DNA of 64,000 nucleotides, from positions 13,578,001 through 13,642,000 of the forward strand of contig NC_043021.1 of assembly GCF_006345805.1 (NCBI RefSeq), read 5' to 3'. Both the position numbers and the translations under genes were made by a program. The notes beneath the pieces are model-generated. The model ran no database searches and was not told the DNA's origin. It saw only the letters and a program-made list of their open reading frames with translations. This document shows, piece after piece, positions 25,249 to 38,755 of the stretch (position 1 is its first letter; each line of letters begins with the position of its first letter). The stretch comes from Octopus sinensis. Taxonomy: Eukaryota.

Positions 25249-27196
25249 CTGGATGTAAAAAAAGAGAAAAAAAACGTAAGTTATTATGAAAACAGTTTAT
25301 ATGGCTGCATGTGGTTCACAAGGTCCCTCCACAACCATGAAGTCCCAGGGTTTAATCCTACCCCTTAACAGCCAAGTGAAGTCTAAGAGTGAAATTTATT
25401 AGATGGAAGCTGTGGAAGCCTTTTGGATGTGTAGGGCTGTGGAAGTCAGAAATAATCAACCAACTTAAAATTTAAATCATACAATTGATGCATTAATATT
25501 TCCAATATCATATCTCTAAGAATTCAGAGTAAACACTGTCTATGAATTCTAATTCTAAAGGATTCTAGTAAATTGCATAACTTTTTGTCTCAAAGCAACC
25601 TTAATTACAGGTAAATATATGTAAACCACAAGCTTTTTTTTGTCTGTTCGTTCACACTCTGCTCAATGATTTGTTTATGTAGTGATCACTCCAGACAAGC
25701 TTACATTTGCTTGATTTCTCCATATCTTCCATCGAAAAGTACTCAAATTCAGAATCTCTGCTTAATAGTATGTAACATCCATGAAAAAAGAAAGAAAAAA
25801 CCCCCAGAAAAAATAATCTCCCAAAATTCACACAGCTCATACCACATCAAACAATGTCAAATACTGAAACGCGACTATTTACAAAGTGAAATCACATGTT
25901 TTTTCGAATGTACAACTGAGATTTGTACTGTGATTCACATTGAAATATCAATGGGTTTACTTAGCCAGCTTCAGCCAGGTTGGTAATGAAAAGGTTATAT
26001 GAAGTGTTACAAGTTATCTCTGGTAGTTAATTTTCATGTACTTCTGATTTCGGAATTAGTTTCCTATTTTCTTTTATTGAAACCCCTGAATAAAACAGCA
26101 TCTTCCCACATAATCCACAACTGAACACTTAACAGCCTTTAAGTGCAAACTTAAAAGTTAGCCTCGATTCTATATTATCCATGTATGTGTGCTTTCAATA
26201 AAGGGTAGGAGTAGATCTTCAGATCTTGTGCACTAATTTCACAGCCCTTGACGTAAATATATTTTGGCAAATGGCAGGAAAACACTGGTACACCTTCAAT
26301 GATCAGTGTTCAAACTCCACCTGAACCAACTTTCAAGATTGATAAACATCTATTGCTTGACTAATCTAAGGATTAAACTCATGTCAACCAACCACACTAC
26401 ACCTCATAACAATGCTATCCATCCCATAAGACAATCAGGTAATGGAAAAATCACTTCAAAGCCCGACGACCCTGTGGTCTTTCAGGTTGTTCACAGATAA
26501 CTGAAATATCAATATGTACAGGAAGTTCACATGGCAGTCACCTGGTTCAAGTAAGCGACATCAAAAGGTAATGGAATAGTCAACACAATAACCTTAGAAC
26601 AGACAACTGAAAGAGAACAATGTAGTCCTGAATATTGTTTAACAGAAAGATAGGCTTGAAATCTTAAAATGTGAATAATTACCAGGATACAGATAACCGT
26701 ATAAATCAATAAGACTTGTCAAGTCAGGTGAAATTGTATGCTAGTGTCACAAAAACGCACCTCTGAAGCACTGAGCCTCATGGATAGAATGTGGCATGTA
26801 AAAAGCACCTTTTGAGAATGAGGCTTCACAGAGGCAATGACAAATGACCAAGGCCTTTGGCATTATGCCATGCTTAAGATCCATCTAGTCATGGCAGATA
26901 CCAGTGTCACGTAACCAGCACCCATTACACTCTTGGAGTGGTTGGCATTAGGAAGAGCATCTTATTGTAGAAAGCCAAACCGGACTAGGGTCTGGTGTAG
27001 CCCCCTCAGCTGACCAGCCCTGCTCAAACAATCCAATCCATGACATTAAATGCTGATTATACATATGGGGTTCTATTTGAAACTCCCTCTCAATTATATT
27101 TTTGAAAATCAATGCTTGAAACAAGTCATTTCCTACAAAGGAGTGCTTCAAAAGAGAAAAAAAGCACTGACAATATTGAAAGAGAAAAAAAATTAC

Positions 27197-27384
27197 CTGT
27201 AAATTCTTTTTTCTGTGGAAGGTGATTGCTTTGGCTTTTACCTTTCGGTCTTTTACATCAACCTTATTTCCACACAGCACAATTGGTGTATTTTCGCATA
27301 CTCTCACTAAATCTCGATGCCAGTTGGGAACATTTTTGTATGTAACTCTTGATGTAACATCAAACATGATGATAGCACACTGTC
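27197..27384 (-). CDS. RAN: Ran GTPase, coding exon 4 (G4 NKVD)
   Basis: [62 protein letters not shown]. Confidence 0.97.
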
Positions 27385-28028
27385 CTGAAACGAGTGAATA
27401 AATAAATAAAAATATACAATTAGTAAGTGAAAGCCTTTCTTTAAAATTCCAATCATTTTTATACATTTTGTAAAAAAGTTTGCTTTAAATCCATGCAACT
27501 TCAAACTCAAAAACCATTGAACAAGAACATTCAGGAAGTTTGTGTTGAGATTGGTATATAGAAAGAGAAATTAGCTTTGTCATGTGTACAAGTGTTGACA
27601 TTCCACTGTTGTGCATGTCACCAGCCAAGCAAGATAAGATTCTCACATTTCTTAACACTCCTCTATCAATCCTACTGTAGGTAAAGAAGCAGTGTACATT
27701 CAGTGTGTGTGTGTATGTGTAACCATTTGCATACAGAACGTCACCCTTGGAGCTTTAATGTTTGGGCTTTAGTCTCAGTGCTGCTAAATTGATTAGTCTC
27801 TGCATATTAAAACCTACACCACTTCATCTGTGTCAGTCACATTTGTTAACACTTCATTTAAAATATTACATAAAAGGAATTAAAATTTAGGTACACTACC
27901 TAGAAGACATTGGACCTATTAACAAATACAGTAGACAGTGGTGTAGGATGAATGCTTTCAAATAGAATGCAAGCTTAATTGTTTTATTTAGAAGAATCGA
28001 AAGCGTTAACTATAAACCATATGAATCA

Positions 28029-28244
<216 letters not shown>

Positions 28245-28560
28245 TCACACAATTAAACCTTCCTCTAACATCTAAAGAATGATTTTTCTCTAATCACACA
28301 ATTTTATTTCAAAGCAAAGGAAAGGAATCCTTAACCCTCTTGATACCAACCCACATAAGGCCACTTTTGATTTTATATGATACAAACTTAATGATTTAAA
28401 ATTAAAACTTAATTTACAATCCCAATACTCTAGCAAAATGTTGATAGTTTTCAATTTAATTTTATAGTAGTATAAAATACACAAATATGTAAAATAGTGA
28501 AAACATTGCAAGCTAGCTGCTCTCATATCTAACAAAGGAACATAAAGACTTGTTACTTAC

Positions 28561-28645
28561 CAACATATTTTTTCTCAAATTCGCCAGTTAAATGACGTTT
28601 GACAAAAGTGGTTTTACCCACGCCGCCATCACCCACTAACACCAG
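28561..28645 (-). CDS. RAN: Ran GTPase, coding exon 2 (G1/P-loop)
   Basis: [28 protein letters not shown]; canonical AG/GTAAGT boundaries. Confidence 0.97.
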
Positions 28646-29053
28646 CTGAAACAGAATGGAATAGATGAATTTAGTAAAACCTACCCGAGGGAACACACAT
28701 ACTGTATAACACGACTCAAGAGATAAAAGGACGAAGTTTTAGTCTTTCTTCATAAAATAGACAAATACACCAAACTGTAGACATTAACATTATTATAATC
28801 AATTAGATCAACCGACCGACGCTGCTATCGACATCCAATTAAACACAAAATCTACAATTTATTAATGGATCACCTAATATATTAATCTGTAATACTACAT
28901 CAAACCTTATAGAAGAGGTTTATGTACCAACAACATATAATATGACCAAAACTGACAGTATGTCAGTTTAACCTAAGACAGAACAGTCCCATTACAAAAC
29001 AAGAAGGGCAAGAGACAGTGGCTGCATAAAATATAAATAAATGTTGGTCTCAC

Positions 29054-29080
29054 CTTAAATGTTGGCATTTTGTCACACAT
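29054..29080 (-). CDS. RAN: Ran GTPase, coding exon 1 (MCDKMPTFK)
   Basis: ATG at 29080, donor AAG|GTGAGA. Acceptor ttttccAG at 29101-29100 implies an upstream 5'UTR exon. Confidence 0.88.
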
Positions 29081-32000
29081 GGTTGGTTGTTTCGTTTGAC
29101 TGGAAAAGAAATGAAAAATTTCATTTATAAATCATATCTACAAATATTTATTATTACATACATGTTCGGGTATACAAGTACCATACAAGCCGGAGGTAAT
29201 TATCATTTTGCAAAACTGCTATCTACTTTTTGTGTGTCCAAATGACCAACTCGGAGCGGCGATAGATGGACTGGTCAAGGTTGGAACGACCGCGAAACTT
29301 CTGGCGAACACGTATAATAACTTTGTAGGAGAAAAAAAACCGGTGTCTCCCCCACCATGCTTTGGGCAAAATGAATTTTGCAGTTTAAAGTATTTAATGG
29401 AATTTTTCACAGGACGAGTGTTTCGAAGCAGAAATTGTAACAATTTTCCCTCAAAATGTATTCAAGCCACCACATCACATTTTCCCCATTATTTTCGAAA
29501 TACGCAACAGATCAACTTTCTGACCTCCACCCCAATTAACAAACACCCTTAATTACGTTTCAAATTAAGTTAATTATGAATTCCACAAAGCATTTCAAAT
29601 TCAATTCCTCCTTACGGAAGGTACTGCTTATTTTGAAATTTACGTATATATACATACAATAAAAAGCATCACATTATGAAACTCCATAGATTTTAGTGAA
29701 GGAAGGTCGGAGAAATGTGAGAAGCTTCGAGAAAGAGAAGCAACAATGAGAGAAAAGAGTGTCCAGAAGAGACAGAGGATAGAGAGAAGGCAACCATTGC
29801 CAGTTAATCAAAGGGTATTTTAAACCAGTGTTTGAATAAATGAAGACATCAATCTTACAAGATGAGATTTTAAAAAGATTCGAAATCCAAAGAGACACGA
29901 GTTCCACGAATAAAATGAATGTTTATGGAAAGGAAGAAGGAAAAGCAACGGCGGCGGCGGCAGCCAGTTCTGGTTTACACTAGTATAAACTGGATCGACC
30001 ATAAAGAAAGAAATAGCGAGAGAAAGGGAGGGAGGAAGGAAGTGAGGAGGAGAGAGAGCGCGGGAACAAAGAGAGAAGCGAAGGAGGAATAGTAAGAGGG
30101 AGACGGAAGAAAAAGAACGAGATATATAGAGAGGGGAGAACAGCGAAGGAGGGAAAATATAGGAAAGCTAGAGAGAGAGAGAAACAGATGTGACTCAAAA
30201 GGTAATTAAATGTCGGTAACCGGCTGAGACGGAGAAAATACAAAAAATACCGAGTCCCACAATAAAAACAACAATGCGTGTAAAACGACGACCAATATTG
30301 CTAGTCAAGAAAAGTAAAAGGAAGTCCATTTTTTTTCTTTTAATAAGCCAATCCTTATAGGAAATTTATAAATACATATTAAATGAATCAACGAAACCTT
30401 CCACCACGTGGTATAAGATTTTCCATTACTGTTACCAGACACCATACTCTCTCTCACACACACACACACACACATAAGACCTCGTGTTTGCAGACAATAA
30501 CCAGATGACCCCCAATCACCACTCCCTCTTCCTATTTAACTTTTTCGAAATTTTTTCCCCTCTATGTTTTAAATGACGGAGATTCCTGATGTGCAAGAAA
30601 CCACGTTTTCAAATCTAAATTCATTAAGCATATAGATATGTGTGTGTGTGTATAAAGAGAGATATGAAGGTTTTTTCCTTGGGCTAAAACAACAGTAAGA
30701 CCGTCTTCTACAGGACTGCCAATTTATGAACAAACAGATAGGGATAAATAGACAAAGAAATAGATGGAAAAGTTCAAAATTTAAAATTGGATGAGGGGTA
30801 AATTTGAGCCCCTTGTTAAACTTTAGAACAATTATTAAATATTAATGTTTCCTGTTTAATTTCGATTCGCTACGATCTCTTTAAAATAAACAAAATCAAA
30901 AATTTTAATGGGGGTGAAATTTTTTTTTTTTCTTCATATTCTTAATCTCTGACATCTACAACGTAGGAATCCGAGAAATTTTTTCTCAAAACAAGAAAAA
31001 AAAAAGCATTTTTCAAGGAGAGGTGCGAAACTGCATTAAATATCACATTAGCATTCAACTACAGGGTAACAGGAAAATATTCACACTATCAATAGATAAA
31101 TCTGGACATTAAAAAATTTTAAAATCATTTTGAAGGTTTAAAGTTGCACATTCGCTTTACGTTACCTGCTCACAAAGAGACCACCACCAATATATGGAGC
31201 GGGGATACTTGTATACAACTCGCCTACCAATCTAACCGGAAGCACTATCAACAACAATGTCAGGACACATGTGCGTTTTCGATGCTTAAAGAAAATCGTG
31301 TGAGCCAATTTAGGAAGTTGTGCGATAGCATCAACCGAGTGGAAATAGCAACCAAATCTCCACTTCCAGTCGCATTGTTAAAAATCAGAATAGATCAATC
31401 TCAAACAATGTTCACAGCTGGAATGCCTGTCCAGGAGCGTGCCTGACCAGGGTTGACCTGGGGTTAAACAAATACTGAAATCATACATACATCACAGGAA
31501 GGACCCCCTCCGCAAAGGCGTTCCAATTGTGACTCACTGTTTTATCAAATAGCGTAGAGCATTTATGGACAATTCTATTGTTCCTAGGTTATTATAGAGG
31601 GGGTTTCCGAGAAACTACTTATCCTCCCTTGTCTCGGATCACCATTACAGCAGCTCACTTGAGGCTACTTTAGTCCTGATGAAATCGATTTCGTCAAGCC
31701 AACTGGCTTTTAAACTAGGTTGCCAACAATGCTCTTAGACAATCACAAAGCGTTTTCGCTAACTGGTTAACATTACGTCAATAAATAACTGGAAACCCAC
31801 TAATTTTGATAGGGGTCATCAATGATTACAATAACCGGTTTCCACACCATGCAAAAATACACCGAGAGATACCCTTAAAGCATTTTCCTCGCCTCGTTTT
31901 TTGCTTCTTGGCAAGTTCGCGTACGTGTTACTATATGTGCATAATACATATTTAATAGCATACAATATACTTGGATATTTGTCAATTTGTATTACCCAAC

Positions 32001-35000
32001 AAGACAGGTATTGCTTGCGTGCTACAAGATTTAATATATAATTCTAACAAAGGTTTTCAAAATGGGCAACGGCTTTAAGCCAATCTACCAGATAAGGGCA
32101 GTCTATAGACAGAATGCCAAAATACGTCCTGTCTATGGTAGGTAGGTATAATGTATTTTAGATATATATATATGGTTCACAACAAAGAAACCAGCAGCCA
32201 CAGGCAGACATTCTCTAATTCCCGCTTTAACACACTCAAACCGCTTTATTCCAGTTCCATAACTTTAAACTGACAAATGCCAAAAAGCGGAACAGGTTGC
32301 ATCAGAATTATTCCACTGTGCTGCATCCACCATAAATCTGGAGGGAGTAGAAGACATCCTCATCACCTCCATCATCATCATCCCTTTTCATAGGTAAGAA
32401 TTACATCAGATTTTGGACCTCATGCTGCGCAACCAACATAAAAGCGATTTCGAAGAAGCCACGCGCGAGTTGCTAGAAATAGCAGCGAAATCTTACATTA
32501 CATCAGTCTTTATAAGACACTGCAGGTGGATAATCAGTGTTTGAAGAATCAATGGCCAAGAATTCGATTCACTCAGAGGACTGGTTTAAGACCTCGACCG
32601 TGTTGAACTGCCAAGGAATTAAACAGGCGTAAATTGCCTGGTTTTAATAATTACATTGGGACTAAAAAAAACCCTAGATTAACCAAACTGCAATACATTC
32701 TATTGGACTGAGTGAAAACTAAATTAGACGTAATAAAGGTTCAAACCCATTTAAACTTTGTATTCTCATTACTTTTAAGCGAAAATATATTTAGCTTTCT
32801 CTAAAATACTTATAATTAAAAATAAGAAAAAGTGAATGGCATTATTTCGGGCAATACTGAATCAATTAGATCGTTTTCTTTTAAACCATCTGTGATGACT
32901 GCACCGTTTTTTTCTCTTCTTTTTGTTCTAATTCAAACTGCCGTGTGAAACACTGAGAACTGCCTTTGCGCCAAATCACCATTATCTATTCATCACCAAA
33001 GAATTGATATTTGGCGCAAACAGTTAATTTTTTTGGTGGGGGTTTCTCTCATAAAGTCTCAATATCATTAACCTTTTTGCCAATACATACAGCTATCTTT
33101 TTCCCTCCTTTTTTTATCATATAAATTATAAAAAGAACTAAAAAAATATCACGTTACACACAATCATCTGATAAAGAACAGCCCGGTGTGTGTGTGTGTA
33201 TGCACACATTAAATGGTGAATTCGAAAATGAAGATGCTATGACTAACGACATCTTTTTCAAATAACCAGCGGATGGAGAAATTTTAAACGCCGAGATGTA
33301 CATGTCCCTCATTAAATTTCATAATCAGTAATGATTTTAATACAACTGGCAGGGGAAAATGTCCGGTTTGAGGCAAGATATATATAAATATAATACACAC
33401 AACAGGAAATGTTACCGTCTTTCACTACACATATATACACACACACACACACCATGAGGTATTATTGGTGTACATATATATGCATACACATATTTCCGCA
33501 AAATATTCGAAAATATGAATAGTGGTTGAGAGGGGGGGGGTATAAAAAGTCATGGAAGGGGTACTAATCTGTAGTTATGCCGAAACGTTTACAGAGAAAA
33601 GGAAACTGACACCAGATAAATTAATTTAAAACCATGGTTCCCCCACCTCGCGCGCGCAAACACACATGAATGTATGTGTACTCTATACGCTTGAACCATG
33701 GTTGCGGTCATGCTGGAGCACGTCCAGTCCAGTATCTTCACCGCTTTTCCAATGGCTATTCTCATGTGATTTAACTTTTGCCGAATGATGGAGTATCAGA
33801 TTGCTGTCCTCATCAATGTGTCTTGCTGTGATGCAGCCTATAATCATATATATATACACACACACATACACACTTTATGAGAGAAAAATTTTTTCTACAC
33901 CAGAATTTCAAGAAATTATATCTAGAATGATTATGGCAACAAAATATTGCGCTACATATTACCACATATTATATATATATATATATACTTACTCAATACC
34001 GGCATTTATAACATTAAATATTTACAAATGAATCAATGTTAAGCAAAGAAAATGTCTTCAAATCAAAAATTATTACACATATACACAAACAGGTGTGCGT
34101 ATACACTATATATATATATATATATATTTACACACATATAACCACATATACACAATGAGCTAATTGTGCAAGATGCCGTTTAACAAAATGATCGCTCCCG
34201 CCTCTTACCCAGAAACTATACGTTTCATATAATATATAACATACTTCCCATAATCAAATCGATCTTCGACTTCTCACCGCTATATACACACACACAAAGT
34301 ATGTATATAGTGGTATATGTGTGTGTATATAATATATACATACTTTCTACTTTTATAGATATATACACATTGTAGAAAGGTAGAATAATTTTTTTTTAAA
34401 TATATATATATATATATATATTTAAGTATATACTGAAATGTAATATTACAAGTATCAAAGAAGTAGTTTCTAGATGATGAAAGAAGCGCCAGTCATTTTG
34501 TAAACCGGTTAAAATGCGCTTGTTCGATTCGATTAGCAATTGAGATATATACGTAATCGTTCTCTACATTCTATTTTTTAAATTTTCTAGAAAATACATA
34601 AAGAATATTGATATACAAAAAATGTTTAAATACCTGGTTTTAGCTATTAACAATAGAATTAAATAGAATAAACCGGATTGAAACCGATAAGAAATAGAAA
34701 ATGTCCAACGTTAGTAATGATGGCGTCCAAAAGAGAGCTTTTTTTTTATAGTTTTCGCGCGTAAAAGCCGTGGAGAACTCTGGGAATTATTATTTAAAAT
34801 AGATCTTTCAAAGAAAATATAAATAATTTCAGTTTTGTTATTATTATTATTGCAACTATATTAATAATAGGGATAAAAGTAACAAGATATTTTTTTATTG
34901 TATGATAAATATATATTTATATTAACGGAGATAATTTTTTAAATTTCTGAGTACTATATGTACTTTACACGGATGAGGTTACTGGACGTGTACGAAGATT

Positions 35001-36139
35001 CACGAAGGGTATATATTACATATCAAATATTTTTTTAAAGTATTGAATAAACACAAATATAGCAATAAAAATAATCACCCAAAGAGATATTTCTAAAAAT
35101 AATTGCCTCAAAGAGATTTTATTAAAAAGTGATTTTACATTATTACTCTCCTTATATTGAAACTCCGGTCAATGTCCGTTCACAATAATTTGTCATTTCG
35201 TCTCCCTTAAATTTCCAGACAAAATTTCAACTACTACACGGAATTTATATTTAAGAAAAAAAAAATTTAATACAAAATCCAATTTTAAAAAATAAGTGTA
35301 ATTACTATGTTTTATAATTAAGCTCAACTTTACTACGTTCGAATTGTGCCATGGTCGCATTAGCCTTTATTAAATATTGCTGTTTTCGATAATAATAATA
35401 ATACTTTCTACTATAGGCACAAGGCCTGAAATTTTGTAGGACGGGGGAAATCGATTATATCGACCCAGTGTTTAACTGGTACCTATTTTGTCGGCTCTGA
35501 AAGGATGAAAGGCAAAATCGACCTCGGCGGAATTTGAACTCAGAACTTTAAAAAACCAGAAGAAACGCCGCTAAGAATTTTGTCCAGTAGCCTAACGCTT
35601 CTGCCAAATCGCCAAATAATTTACTACCAGTAATATATTGTTTCTCTGATTGTAATATAATTTTTTTAAATCTTGGACCTAGTAAATACTCAATGACGTC
35701 TTACTAAATCATATCTTTTCTTTTAATTATGGAAAATAACTTGTCCGATTCCCTTGCGCACGTAAATGAATACTTTTATTTAGAGAAAAAGGGTTGGGAG
35801 GAAACAAAACCCTGTTATGTGGTGAAGGGTGGGAGATAACTAGATTATTCCAAAACGGTTTCAGTTTCTGTCTACCAAATCCACTCACAAGGCTTTGATG
35901 ACAACAGCAATGATTGTCAGCCATTTCTTGTTTCCAAGAATTTCAATTTCATTTTCTTGTTAAAGGAAATAAGAGAAGAGGAAGAAATGATGTCACTGGT
36001 GTAGATTCATTTATGGGAGATTGCCCAAGGAATGAATCGGTTGCACTATGGTTTCAAGACCATCTTCTGGTGACAGTACATGTAGAACAAGTAGAATCAG
36101 GTGATGAAATTGCGACACATTGTATCATGTCATAAAATT

Positions 36140-37320
36140 GTGGTGAATTGTATCAGATGATGAAATTGTGACAAATTTCATCAGGTGACAAAATCGTGAC
36201 AGATTGCAACAGGCAATAAAATTGCGACAGATTGTATCAGACAATGAAATTGCAACAGATTATATCAGGTGATGAAATTGCAACAGAATGTATCAGGCGA
36301 TGAAAATGCGGTAGAATGTATCAGGCGATGAAATTGCACCAGAATGTATCAGGCGATGAAATTGCAACAGAATGTATCAGGTGATGAAATTGCGGCAGAA
36401 TGTATCAGGTGATGAAATTGCGACAGATTGTATCAGGCGATGAAATTGCAGCAGAATGTATCAGGCGATGAAAATGCAGCAGAATGTATCAGGCGATGAA
36501 ATTGTGACAGATTGTATCAGGCGATGAAATTGCAACAGATTATATCAGGTGATGAAATTGCAACAGAATGTATCAGGCGATGAAAATGCGGTAGAATGTA
36601 TCAGGCGATGAAATTGCACCAGAATGTATCAGGCGATGAAATTGCAACAGAATGTATCAGGTGATGAAATTGCGACAGAATGTATCAGGCGATGAAATTG
36701 CAGCAGAATGTATCAGGCGATGAAATTGCGACAGATTGTATCAGGCAATGAAATTGCAACAGAATGTATCAGGCGATGAAAATGCGGTAGAATGTATCAG
36801 GCAATGAAATTGCACCAGAATGTATCAGGTGATGAAATTGCGGCAGAATGTATCAGGCGATGAAATTGTGACAGATTGTATCAGGCGATGAAATTGCAAC
36901 AGATTGTATCAGGCGATGAAATTGCAACAGAATGTATCAGGCAATGAAAATGCGGTAGAATGTATCAGGCGATGAAATTGCACCAGAATGTATCAGGCGA
37001 TGAAATTGCAACAGAATGTATCAGGTGATGAAATTGCGGCAGAATGTATCAGGTGATGAAATTGCGACAGATTGTATCAGGCGATGAAATTGCAGCAGAA
37101 TGTATCAGGCGATGAAATTGCAGCAGAATGTATCAGGCGATGAAATTGCGACAGATTGTATCAGGCGATGAAATTGCAACAGAATGTATCAGGTGATGGA
37201 ATTGCGACAAATTGTATCAGGTGATGAAATTGCGACATTGTATCAGCCAATGAAATTGAAACAGATTGTATCAGGTGATGAAATTGTGACAGACTGTATC
37301 AAGCGATAAAATTGCAACTG
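36140..37320 (+). repeat. 28-bp tandem satellite, about 42 units
   Basis: Unit gatgaaattgcaacagaatgtatcaggc; homogeneous centre, decayed edges. Confidence 0.95.
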
Positions 37321-37519
37321 ACTCATAAACTCATTTGCTATCTGAAGTGATAACTCATTAAGCCATCTTATCTGCCATTGCTCACCTCCATCTGTTCAAA
37401 CGTTATTCAGGTCAACCATTGTTCCCATCATCATCTACTTGTTCTGCCATTGTTGTCATATTCCTCTGGCTCTGGTGTTGGAGTGAGATTGCTTCCGTTC
37501 AGTCTGGGTTCTCTTCTTA

Positions 37520-38755
37520 GGCCTTTTGTTACCAGCAGCGATAGGAGAATTCTGAACTTTGCTCAGGCTATTCTTATTCTAGCAGCTACACTCTCAGAGC
37601 ATCCACCCCCCACTACAGACTTGGTCACCTAGGTAGCAGAAGCTATAAACTACTTCTAGTTTTTTTCCCTGGCATGTGATGGAATCTGTTTGCTGTACAT
37701 CTTCTAATTGTTTATTGAACCTGTGCATCTGCCACACACAAAGACTATCTTCCCGGTTAACCTTCCTTTGATGTTGCTGCATCTCTTATGTGTCCATAGT
37801 TTCTACCTACGACTTTTCTACAGATCAAGCAGGACCATTTACCTGAAGGGGTTTGTGATTTCTCTGCCTTCCTACTTACTAGGACTATAGTTTTTGTTAG
37901 GTTGACTCTCAGATCTTCGATTCTAGACCTTGTTTCCACATCCTAAACGTCATCTCTAGTTCTGATAGTGACTCGGCTATTAGAGCAAAGTCATCAGCAG
38001 AGAGAAGCCCCCAGGGGCAGCCTGTCTTGAATCCCTCTGTTATTTCCTGGAGGACTATGATAAGAGGAGGCTGAGGATTGATCTTTGGTGAACCCCTACT
38101 TCTACCCTGAATTCTGCACTATACTCATTGCCAACCCTCACCTTACTGACAGCATCCCTGCACAGGGCTTGTACAGCTCTTACCAATCACTCGTCTATCC
38201 CCAGTTTCTGCATTGACCTCCAGATAAGGGATCGGGGGACCTGTCAAAGGTTTTCTCCAAGTCAACAAAAGCCTAGTACAGAGGTTTATCTTTGGTTAGG
38301 TATTTCTCCTGCAGTTGCCTTACCAGAAATATAGCATCGGTGGTGCTTCTTACTGGCACAAAACCAAACTGCATCTCATCTAGGCTAACTCTCTCCCTAA
38401 TTAGTTGGGGTATAACCCTCTCCATAACTTTCATCACCTGATCCAATAATTTGATACACCTGTAGTTATTTCTATCTAAAGCTTCACCTTTACCTTGGTA
38501 GCAGTTGACTATGGTGCTGTCACACCAGTCATTATTTATGACTCCTTCATGAACTACCAGATTTACAATGCGGGTGACTAGACCATAACCCACACTGCCC
38601 AATATTTTAAGCATCTCAGTTGTGATTCCTGATGGGCCAGGTGCTGTCCTTATCTTCATATCCTTTCTTGTTTTATCTACCAGCATACTGTCGATTTGGG
38701 TGGCTGGTCCCTCAATTGGATCACCCTTTGGCAGACTCTGCTGGACCACCACCTT
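37520..38755 (-). mobile_element. Decayed RTE-clade LINE reverse transcriptase fragment
   Basis: APGPSGIT, KGEALDRNNYRCIKLL, MQFGFVP.RSTTDAIF..RQLQEKY, degenerate SADD for YADD, VNLTKT, then the same Cys-rich insert; frameshifts present. Confidence 0.9.

Noticed and set aside
26948-27466. 172-aa single-exon Ran-like ORF
   Set aside because: Only 27197-27384 is exon; the rest is intron read-through.
31676-31730. Second hammerhead candidate (CTGATGA)
   Set aside because: No stem II closed by GAAA and no stem I pairing.
32890-32956. Box C/D snoRNA (GTGATGA..CTGA)
   Set aside because: No terminal stem and no recognisable rRNA guide; the motifs are short enough to be chance.
36140-37320. CRISPR array or box C/D snoRNA cluster (GTGATGA motifs)
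   Set aside because: Head-to-tail 28-bp units with no unique spacers or guide regions; this is a satellite.
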